The notes beneath the pieces were generated by a model. That model was not told the DNA's origin, ran no database searches, and worked only from the letters and a program-made list of their open reading frames with translations. Of a DNA stretch of 45,485 nucleotides, positions 24,407 through 34,310 are shown in pieces; position 1 is the stretch's first letter, and the number at the start of each line of letters is the position of its first letter. This DNA is from Mesotaenium endlicherianum. Lineage: Eukaryota. The translations under genes were made by a program, and so were the position numbers. The DNA is taken from assembly GCA_009602735.1 (NCBI GenBank), contig WELA01003352.1, forward strand, positions 249,777 to 295,261, given 5' to 3'.

Positions 24407-24766
24407 GGATATGGACCTTTGTCATAGGGATTGCAGGAAGTATAGTTAGTATTAGTATAGTGGATTTGCTGCTGTTTACCTTACAGGATGATTGCTAAAA
24501 GTTGACGTAGTTGCGATGCGCTACACATAAACGTATGAGTGTGTTTTAGGGTGAGTTAAGTGATGTAGTGTTATGCGAGGCCCTTTTTCCTTCAGCTCAA
24601 GGTGCTTTATGTGGGCCAGGCTGTCCCCTCTGTCACTATGTTGACACTGAGGGTTCACGTAACTGTTCTTTTATCGCTCTCGCTCACTAACTGTCATATA
24701 TTTTCCCCTCCAACTTAAATGGAGACAGGACCGCCTGTCACCTTCCCGTGTCAACTGAAATGACAG

Positions 24767-27700
24767 TTATGAAGGGATTCCAGCGGCCCGAAGGTGGAAC
24801 CGTTTCAACGCCCCTTTGGCATTGGTCAAGTGGTCCTTAAACTCCCAAGTGTCCCCAGAGGCATCGTAACCCTTCCATTGAATGAGGTATTTCATGACAT
24901 ATTTAGACGATCGACGGACCGAGCGAGCGTCTAAAATCTCATCGACCTCATATTCCTCAGGGTCGCCGTCCCGGACAGCGGGGACCGCTCCCGGTTGGAC
25001 AGGTAACCGACCTGTGAACAGTGTATCACCTTTGATGTACGGTTCCAGGAGGGAGACGTTAAAGACCGGGTGCCCCTTGTATTCAGCTGACATGTTCAGT
25101 TTGTAAGCATTCTGACCGACACGACGGACCACCGAATATGGACCGACCCAGACAGGGCCAAGCTTTTTCTTGACCACACCAGGGAGGTACAGGTGCTGAG
25201 AATGCAGTTTGACTAAATCCCCCTTGGAAAATGTCAGTTCCCGACGGTGTTGATTAGCGTATTTTTGTTGGTTTTCTTGGGCCGTGTGCAAGTTTCGTTG
25301 GACTTCTGACAGGGTGTCAGCAAACTCCTGAGTTAACTGGAGGGAGACCGGGTTGTCAATCCCTTCAGGGTGAGTTAAAGATTCCCCTAGCACATCTAGA
25401 GGAGACTTAGGGACTCTACCCAGGCTGAGTTCAAAAGGAGTTTTGCCCGTTGACGCGTGCACCGCACTGTTGACCGCAAACTGAATTTGAGGCAACAGGT
25501 CATCCCAATTATCTTGTTTTTGGTTAATATATGCTCTCAGCACCTCCTGCAGAACTCGGTTAGTTCTTTCAGTCTGCCCATCAGTCTGAGGGTGGTTTGC
25601 TGTGCTGAGCAGCTGTTTGACTCCCATTAACCCCATTAAAGCTCTCCAGAACTTAGAGGTGAATTTTGAGTCTCTGTCTGAGATGATATTAGAAGGGAGC
25701 CCATGTTGGCATACTACATGGTTGTAAAACTGTCTCGCTGTTTCGAGTGCAGTCACTTTGACAGTTGTGGGGATAAAAATGACCATTTTTGTCAGTTTAT
25801 CCACGACTACCAGTATTGAATCATGCCCGTTGGCAGTTCTTGGTAGTGAGACCACCCAGTCCATGGATATAGTTTCCCAGCGTCCCGCTGGGATGGGTAG
25901 CGGTTGCAAGAGACCTCCGGGTGGTGTGTGCCGAGACTTATTTCTCTGACACTGGTCACAGGACTTGACATATTTCAAGACCTCCCGGGGTAACCCCTCC
26001 CAATGATAATGTTTTGCCAGTTTGCCAACAGTTTTGGCCTGCCCCAAATGTCCACCCAGGAGACTGTCATGAGCTTGACTCAGTAAGAGAGACCTTATTT
26101 CCAAGTTATTAGGAATGACCAGCTTCAGCCTGCCTGAAGTGGTTTCAGTCACCCAGACCCCTCCCTTGAGCTTATACCCGAGTGCAGTAGCACGACACAC
26201 ACCAGTAGTGGGGCTGGGCTCAAATGTTGGGTCAGAAAGGTAGGCTTTCCTAAGTTGTTCAAGGAAGGACTTTTTCACCTTTAGTGAAGTGAGTGCACAC
26301 AGGACTTTATCTACAGCATGCTGACTAAAGTTCCTTTCTTGCAAGTCAGGTCTTCTAGAGAGTGCATCAGCAGGATTCAACTTCCCTGGTTTGTAGTCGA
26401 TCTGGACTTGGAACTGCTCCAGCATCTGGCTCCAGCGGTTCTCCCTCCTCGACAGCTTGGACTTCTTCTGAAAGTGGGTCAGAGCTAGATGATCTGTAAT
26501 CACCTTAAAAGCTTTACCATGTAAGTATGCTCTCCACTGTTTGAGTACATGAATGATAGCTAGCAGCTCTTTATCATGCACTGAGTAATTAATCTCCGCT
26601 GGATTAAATTTCATAGACTCATACAACACAGGATGCCACTCCTGCCGTACCTTACCATCCTTTGTGGTTTTGTCAGCAGGCTGCAACAAAATAGCACCCA
26701 TGGCAAAATCAGAGGCATCAGTAACCACCTGCACCGATTTGCTGGGGTCATACACGGCTAGCACTGGGGCAGAACAAAGGGCATCTTTAAGGGTCTGGAA
26801 GGCAGCCTGCTGCTCTTCCCCCCACACATACCCGATGTCTTTCTTAGTAAGGTTAGTCAATTTACAGGCCTTTGTGGAATAATTCTCAATAAATCTCCTA
26901 TAGTAGTTAGCCAACCCGAGGAAGGATCTAACTTCAGAGACAGACTGTGGTACTGGCCAGTCCCTTATGGTCTGGACTTCCTTAGGATCCACACGGATGC
27001 CCTCTTTACTGACAACGTGGCCTAAGAATTCAATACTTAAATAAAGAAATCACACTTGCTCATTTTAGCATATAAGTGATTTTTTCGCAGAGTGTCCAGG
27101 ATTGTCTTTAAGTGTTCAATGTGCTGAGCTTCATTTTTTGAGAAAATTAAAATATCATCCAGGAAAACTTGCACAAACTTATCCAAATAAGGTCTGAAAA
27201 TGTCATTCATGGCACCCATGAAGGTAGCAGGAGCATTAGTCAGTCCAAATGGCATCACGTTGAACTCATAGTGTCCATAACGTGTGCGGAAGGCAGTCTT
27301 GTGTTCATCCCCCTCAGCAATTCTGATTTGATGATAACCACTCTTGAGATCTATCTTACTGAACACCTTAGCGCCAGACAGGGTATCAAGCAAGTCCTCG
27401 ATTCTGGGTAAAGCATACTTGTTCTTTACTGTAATTCTGTTCAGGGCTCTGTAATCCACACACATCCGCATACTGCCATCCTTTTTCTTAACAAATAGGA
27501 TAGGTGCGCCGTACGGTGATTTACTGGGAGAAATGTAACCATTTTCCTCCAGCTCTGCAATCTGTGTTTTCAACTCCTCACTCTCCAAATAAGACAAGCC
27601 ATACGTGCGTTGCCAGGGTGGCTAACTCTCGGGTAATAAATCAATCCTATGATCTACTTCCCGCTTAGGGGGTAGTCTTGGAGGCATATTAAACACATCC

Positions 27701-28575
27701 GTGTACTGAGCAACAATGTTTGCAGCAGTAGGGTGCTCCGGAGGGCTTACCTTTTTCTCAACCACTTCTTCAGGTTGAGGAGGTACCTCTCTTAGCAGCA
27801 GACAGAACATTCTGTCTTCCTTCTGGTTCCAGCTTTTGACGAACTCCATTGCATTCAGCAACTTGCATCCTTCTGGAAGCCTCTTCTTTTCCTTCATTTG
27901 CCATCCACACAGGACAAGAGGAAGAGCACTGGTGGGTGCCAAGTCAGTCTGCCCATCACTGGCTCCTCTCACTTTAACTGTACCTCTGCTCCAACACACT
28001 TCAGCTTGATGTCTATTAAGCCAGGACCTGCCTAGCACGAGATCATAAAAGCCAGTGTTGAGTACCTCAAATGTAAGCGTTTCAGTTAGAACTGCAATGC
28101 CAGAACCTAACTGGACCTCAATAGGCTTGGTTATAACTCCTCCCGGGATACTTGAGGCATCTCCAAGGAATATTTTTCTATTCCCTTGGGTGACAGTAGG
28201 CAGCCTTAGCCGCTTAACTAAGTCCTTGTGAATAAAAGTATGTGACGCCCCTCCGTCAACAAATGCCCTCACCTTCCTACCTGCAATCATGCAATGCAGT
28301 AGGATAGGGGGGACTGTCTTTTCCTGACTTTCGCATTGTTCTCCTGACGTAGCAAAGAAATGTTGGACATCAGGTGGAACAAGAGCATCCAGAGTGTGCA
28401 CTCTCTGGACGTCTATATTACTGATGGTCTCCTTTATCTGTTTGTCAGGCATGCATAGTGAATCCAGTTCAGCAGGACCCATAATACCTGCTACGAGGGC
28501 AGCTAGTGACGACTCACTATCTCTAGCATCCTCACAGTCAGTAGACTGGATTACTGACTGTTGCTGTCTTTTAAA
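24767..28575 (-). pseudogene. pol: pol of element B (protease, RT, RNase H, integrase, chromodomain) with one stop (27622-27624) and one frameshift (~27040)
   Basis: AFVDGGASHTFI protease; [34 protein letters not shown] RNase H; H-H-C-C zinc finger, ISMDWV, IISDRDSKFTS, PQTDGQTERTNR integrase; GPY motif; EEYEVDEIL..YLIQWKGYDASGDTWE chromodomain. Confidence 0.95.
28534..28575 (-). promoter_or_regulatory. Programmed -1 ribosomal frameshift signal between gag and pol
   Basis: In-frame slippery heptamer T TTA AAA (28575-28569), 7-nt spacer, perfect 10-bp stem ACAGTCAGTA / TACTGACTGT with 8-nt loop; pol is in the -1 frame and open from 28596. Confidence 0.85.
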
Positions 28576-30029
28576 GGCTGGTCTTTTCTCTCGACCTTAG
28601 GCAGGTGCTTGACCGGACACTGTTCTCTGTAGTGGCCTTTCTGCTGACAATGGTAGCAAGTAGATTTTGCTGAGGCTGGTCTCGGCTTAGTCCTACCACC
28701 ACCCCTTCCATAGCCACCTCGAGAGGGACCACCTCTACCTCTAGACTGAATAGCATTGTACTCATACTCATATTCATCACCCTGATTATCCTCAGCCTGG
28801 TCTCCTTCAACTGCATTGTAGGAACCGTGGGGCTTTTTGACAATCTTAGACACCAAAGCGTTACTCTGGCGCTTGTGATTGAACTGCTGCTGATCCCAGG
28901 CGTCAGCATCCTGGATCAAGTCAGCCAGTTTCTCATACTTTTTCTCAGCAAAATGACCAGAGACCTCGGATTTCAAGCCATACCTGAAGTATGCTATCCT
29001 ATACCGTTCTGGCAAATCAGGCTGCTTCATCATGTTCTCTTGGAACTTTTGAGCAAACTCAGCAACTGAAGTGGTCTGCTTCAGTGTCAGGGAGATCATC
29101 GCATAGATAGCTTTCTCCTGCTGGTTGATGACATCAAACTTCTCATGCAACTTCTCGACAAACTCTACCCACGTAGGGTCACCGAGTTGCCGAGCCTTAC
29201 GCTCTTCCTTCCAGTAAAGCCACCAGTCTGCGGCACTGCCTTTCAGTAGCGCACCGGTGTGCCTGACCTTCTCGTAATCTTGCAGTTCTGGGTAGTTCTC
29301 CAGCCACTGCTCAACATCCGCGAGAAACTTGATCAGGTAATATTTTCTGTTTCCCTCAGGATCATAGTCCTGGGGAGGTTTCGGCTTGGGCTTACTAGGC
29401 CCTCGGCCACCACCACTAGTGGTGTGAGACCCCAGTTGGTCTCTGTCCCGGAGTAGGGACATTATGATTCTTTTGTCCTCCTGCTGGGACTGATACATGG
29501 TCGCCATTTGCGACTGCATCTGAACGAACAATGCTCCCAAGTCTACATTTTGGGGTGGTAGATTAGCAAATGCAGCAGCAGCATTGGCATCTACTCGCTG
29601 AGTAGTGTCCTCAACAATCCCTCTTGCTCCTGCAGCAGCAATTCCTGCCGCATTCAGCCGGTCACGTATTTGACCTAGGGGTACATTGAGTTGTACGGCA
29701 GGAGGTGGGTTCAGAACATTGGCCCTTGATGCCATAAGTTCTTCAACAGTGCGCTCGTCAGCTGGCTGTCCTTCCCTCCTTTGTATATCTTCAGCGGCCT
29801 TTGCTACTTGTTCAGCTTCTAGTCTGGCTATCTCCTCCTCAGCTTGCTGAGCTGCGACTGAGGCAATAGCAGCTGCCTCATCTGCAGCCTCCCTAGCTGC
29901 AGTATCCGCTACTGCTTCCGAATAGGTACGGTTTCCCGCTACATGGCTTTCCGCCTGGTTTTCGACATTCTCGTTATCCTGGTTCTCCATGTCTCGGGAG
30001 TTGCTAGTTTGAGACCTTGTCCTTACCAT
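28551..30029 (-). CDS. gag: gag of element B (intact, 492 aa)
   Basis: KPKPPQDYD, LLKGSAADWW, LKQTTSVAEFAQKF, YFRYGLKSE, RGG box, CCHC knuckle CYHCQQKGHYREQC; ATG ~20 nt after the PBS. Confidence 0.93.
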   Translation of the reverse strand: MVRTRSQTSNSRDMENQDNENVENQAESHVAGNRTYSEAVADTAAREAADEAAAIASVAAQQAEEEIARLEAEQVAKAAEDIQRREGQPADERTVEELMASRANVLNPPPAVQLNVPLGQIRDRLNAAGIAAAGARGIVEDTTQRVDANAAAAFANLPPQNVDLGALFVQMQSQMATMYQSQQEDKRIIMSLLRDRDQLGSHTTSGGGRGPSKPKPKPPQDYDPEGNRKYYLIKFLADVEQWLENYPELQDYEKVRHTGALLKGSAADWWLYWKEERKARQLGDPTWVEFVEKLHEKFDVINQQEKAIYAMISLTLKQTTSVAEFAQKFQENMMKQPDLPERYRIAYFRYGLKSEVSGHFAEKKYEKLADLIQDADAWDQQQFNHKRQSNALVSKIVKKPHGSYNAVEGDQAEDNQGDEYEYEYNAIQSRGRGGPSRGGYGRGGGRTKPRPASAKSTCYHCQQKGHYREQCPVKHLPKVERKDQPLKDSNSQ

Positions 30030-30050
30030 ACAAAGAAGACTGTGATAACT

Positions 30051-30062
30051 GCTCCGATACCA
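30051..30062 (-). promoter_or_regulatory. Primer binding site of element B (tRNA-iMet type)
   Basis: TGGTATCGGAGC on the minus strand, 1 nt after the 5' LTR. Confidence 0.9.
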
Positions 30063-30063
30063 C

Positions 30064-30782
30064 TGAAATGAATCGACTTACCAAATAGGCGATTAACAAT
30101 TAATAAAGATCTTTATATCAGCAAGTAATCTTTATGGTAATTTCCGTTAACTGGTTAAACGGCAAAGGACAATACACTAGCAGTGAATAATACTCGTAAG
30201 TCAAATGCGAGTAAACTAGCATCAATAATGCAAATCAGTAAACTCATACATAAGCAAGGTTAGAAGACAGTGCGTATCAATGGCTTCTCGCCTTGGATTC
30301 AGATCTCTCTCAGTAAGCTGTACAAGAGAGTTGGCCTCGTTTCCGAATGCCGAACTCGAGAGCAATGCCTAGCGTATGTACATGGAATGAGTTTACTGTT
30401 CAACGGTCAGTGCGATGGCACCGCCTACCCGGGAGTTAACCACGTTGGTAGGACCTCGGTTAACCAAATCCACCGCCATCTCCCATCATCCCGAATAGCC
30501 ATCCATCATGGGGATGTCATCTGGCCATTCATCTAGCATATCGTGCTTAGGTGTATGTCAAGGCAGTTCGCTGCTACCGAGTACGGAAGTCAGCTGGCTG
30601 TCAAGAATGGGTCAGCAAGCTGACTTATATAAACTTCAGCCTGCTGCTTCCGGCTGAGTCATTAAACTGATAAATATGTAAAGTCCAGCAGACTAATTAT
30701 TAACTAAAGTTCAGCAGGCTGAACTTAATTAACAATTATATTTAAACGAATATTATATCTACTAATATACTGATTCATTACA
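30064..30782 (-). repeat. 5' LTR of element B
   Basis: TGTAATGAATC...GATTCATTTCA on the minus strand, followed by the PBS. Confidence 0.95.
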
Positions 30783-30787
30783 TTGAC

Positions 30788-32727
30788 ACAGGCACCTGCG
30801 TTGGCAATTGCCAGTGCAGAGCTGCCTTTCACCATCATCACGGACGCATCAAACTTCGCAGTGGAAGCCATTCTTCTCTAGAACTAGGGCAAAGGTTTGC
30901 AGCCTGTGGCATATGAGAGCAAGAAGTTGAGTCCTACTGAGAAGAACTATGCAGCACACGAGCGCGAGATGCTGGCTATTATCCAGACTTTGAGGATTTG
31001 GCAATGTTATGTGAACGGCCGGAGGGTGTTCATCAAGACCGACCACAAGAGCTTAGAGGAATTTATGACGCAGTCAACGTTGACACCAAGACAGGCAAGG
31101 TGGATGGAGTTTCTGCAACAGTTCGACCACAAGATTGAGTACTTACTTGGGAAGATCAACCTTACAGATGCTTTATCCAGAAGGTGTGACCTTGCAGCTG
31201 TCTCAGTTGTCAAAGAGAATATGGACTTCAAGGAGAATCTTGAGAAAGGTTACGAGGAGGACCCAGATTTTGCAGATGGTGGAGCAGCTAAGTTCAAATC
31301 AAGTATGCAGAAGAAGGACGGCATATGGTATTATGGTGATTTCAAGAGAGTGGTGGTACTTGACATCAAGGAGCTACAAGACTTACTACTCGCGGAGCAT
31401 CATGATTGCTTATATGCTGGGCACTTTGGAAGCGAGAAGACGGCAAGCTTGCTGAAACAAAAGTATTATTGGAGGAATATGGACAAGGACATCAAGGAGT
31501 GGATCAAAATTTGCGATGCGTGCCAGCACAACAAGACACCAAATCAAAAGAAGGGAGGTACATTGCAGCCCCTGCCCATTCAAAAGTATCCTTGGGAGCA
31601 GATAGCTATGGACTTCATCACATCTTTACTAGTGAGTGGTCAAGGGCATGATGCAATATGGGTTGTTTCAGAGTTATTTCAAATAGACTCAGCAGGATGG
31701 CTCAGTTCATTCCTATGACGGAGACTTCTACGGCAGCAGATGTGGCACGGCTATTCTTTGATAATAGTTTCAGGCTACATGGGTTGCCGAAGGTGATTGT
31801 TTCATATCGGGATCCAAGGTTTACTAGCAACCTTTGGCGGTCAGTGTTTACTTTGATGGGGACCAAGCTGAGTATGAGCACGTCCTATCATCCTTAGACA
31901 GATGGGCAGACGGGCAGAGTGAGAGGCTCAATAGAACTCTGCAAGAGGTGCTCAGGAGTTTTACTATGGAAGACCCCTCAGAGTGGGACAAGAAGCTGCC
32001 AGGGTTGGATTTTGCCGACAACAACAGCATGCAGGGACCTACCAAGCAGTCACTATTCACTAGGGTTTATGGGAGAGAAGTATATCATCCAGGGAACATC
32101 TTGTTGGAGAAGGTTAAGGAGACTCAAGTTCCTAGTACACAAGCTTTTATGGAGCAAATGACCAAGACTTGGGACATGGCAAAGATGTGTATTCGGGAGG
32201 CACAAGAAGAGCAGGTGAAGCATGCAAACAAGCACAAGATGGAAGTGACATTCCATGTGGGCGACAAAGTACTCTTGTCAACAGAGAATCTACCTTTCAC
32301 GGGCAAGAGGAAACTACGGGCACAATTTACAGGTCCATTTTCGGTGCTCAAGCAGGTGAATCCAGTGGCCTACAAATTGGAACTTCCTTCACATTGGGGT
32401 ATACATGATGAGTTTCATGTCAGTTACCTGCGGCCATACGTTGACCCGAATGAAGGACATCTAGGACGACTACCTACACCGCCACCACCAGTCGAGATCG
32501 ATGATATATTGGAGTATGAAGTGGAGGCGATTGTCGGTGATCGACGAGTCAAGCGAGGTCAAGGATTTGTCCAAGAGTATCTGGTCAAGTGGAAAGGTTA
32601 CCATGCGGACGACAACACTTGGGAACCAGAGGCCAAGTTGACTCATTGTAAATGTAAGTTGAGGCGTTATCTGCAGAATGCGTCGAGGACGTCGCGTCTT
32701 GAGGAGGGGGATGATGTAAGGTCATAG
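30788..32727 (+). pseudogene. pol: pol of element A, RNase H-integrase-chromodomain part
   Basis: IITDASNFA, PVAYESKKL, TDHKSLE, HHD..GHFG..CDACQ, IAMDFITSL, VSYRDPRFTS, DGQSERLNRTL, GPF motif, EYEVEAIV..YLVKWKGYHADDNTWEPE; several frameshifts and stops. Confidence 0.93.
32701..32714 (+). promoter_or_regulatory. Polypurine tract of element A
   Basis: GAGGAGGGGGATGA directly before the 3' LTR. Confidence 0.88.
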
Positions 32728-33415
32728 GATTGTAGAGTGCATTTTTTGGTCATTTTGATCTAAAATTTGTCGAATTTGGTTAAGTATTGAGAAAGTTATG
32801 GATTTCTGAAGTTTAATTAGTTTAAAGGTTGGTCGACGACCGCCCTTGTTCACAGTGAGCGCGACCGTCGGATTGACCGACAGCATCGAGCGATCTGGTC
32901 CGCTAGAGTGAATTCGAACCTTCACGTAATTTCGGCTGACGGGGAGTGCTGACTAGGTCGATTACTCAGAATTTTTGGAATAGCCTAGCGCGCCTAAGTT
33001 AGTATATTCTAGATATTTCGACGCATGCATGTGGACGTCAAATCGACCCGACACGTCAGATGAGGCTGATCTGGCCTTCTCACAAATATTCTGGAGCGGA
33101 CGATTTGACAAATACTTCAAAATTTTGTTGCTAAGCGGCCTTCCCTCCTAGGGGCGAGTGGTCGTCATAAAAAACCATAAATAGGCATAACTTCTTCGTT
33201 TTTTTATTAATTTTCACTTCTATGAATTTCTACGGGTTTGCAATGACAAGGCCTTTCATCTTACTTCATTTGTGATCACTTTCTTGCTACTCAATATGTT
33301 CAATAATTTTCATACGCTTTCTTAGTGACATACCGCTGCACTGTTGAGTATGATGGCAACTAGTTTTGTTCCTCGTGAGTCACTACGCTTCCACTAGAGC
33401 ACTCTGCCCTTTTTA
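32715..33415 (+). repeat. 3' LTR of element A
   Basis: TGTAAGGTCATAGG...GCCCTTTTTA (terminal CA changed to TA), followed by TSD GTTTT. Confidence 0.93.
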
Positions 33416-34310
33416 GTTTTGCCTACAACCGCGTGATTCATTTTTGGCAAAGGTGTTGGTGTGTGTCAGTCCTTGAAATATTGCAGCAGAGATGTGTACA
33501 GCATTGATCTCGGATAGCAAACTTCCTGCTACAGCTAGTGAGGAGAAAGTGATCATAGGCAGTCAGTCTCAAATCGTTGATGCCTTGGATAAATGTGTTC
33601 CTTCTTTTGGACTCATGGAGAGTTAGATAACAGTCTTTGTCCCAGGCTACCTCTTGAGACTGTGAGGATTGGAGGATAGTGTGTATAGGGCTAATATGCA
33701 TACTGTTTCTCTTAAATCATTATGTAAGCCCACCAATGTTGGTACAGGGCCAAGCAAGAGGTACTCCGAAGAAAAAAAAGCGCGTGTCATGCTACTGTTT
33801 CTTACATCATGCGCTTCCGATTCAATGTGACGAGCAGGATACTGGGCTTCTTAGTAGTAAAGTAGCGTGTTTGTGTCGCAGTCATAACCGTGTGAGGAAA
33901 AATGTCTGCGAGCTTTGTCTTACTCAATAATGGAATAGGCATCTACTTCATCAATTTTGCACTTCATATGCTCAATAGACCCGTCAGAAAATATCCATGT
34001 GCAAACTCTAGCTGCAATGTGAACGCCTCATCATCAGCAAAATGAGCTGCCCTCCAGTGCATAAACACATGAGTAGATGGTGAATATTTACAAGAAAATA
34101 AAAATAAGCAGTGGAAATAATGATGACATACTTGCAAGCATATTTTCAACTCTCAACTGGAAGGGAATATGCCAGATTGCAGGCAAATAATATTCGCTTA
34201 GCTGTCGCATGCGCACGGAAGCAAAGTCACAACTGTACAAAATGGGGCATCCCCACAACTTCACATTCTCCACCCCACCTAAACAGAAGACAACACTGAA
34301 CTCGATCCGA

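Larger units (their letters stand above)
21145..30782 (-). mobile_element. Ty3/gypsy chromovirus, family B, near-intact, with an extra 3' ORF
   Basis: LTRs 30064-30782 (5') and 21145-21858 (3'), TSD TTGAC (21140-21144, 30783-30787), PBS, PPT, gag, pro-RT-RH-INT-chromodomain; inserted antisense into element A pol at KKLLT|QAPALAI. Confidence 0.96.
18048..33415 (+). mobile_element. Ty3/gypsy chromovirus, family A (degenerate; hosts MITE-2 and element B)
   Basis: LTRs 18048-19296 and 32715-33415, TSD GTTTT (18043-18047, 33416-33420), PBS, PPT, gag-RT-RH-INT-chromodomain order. Confidence 0.95.

Noticed and set aside
27622..27624. TAG between protease and RT as programmed readthrough
   Set aside because: Sits in a normally coding RT-proximal motif (LPES*PPWQRTY). 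A single C-to-T change explains it, and a second lesion at ~27040 shows this copy is decaying.
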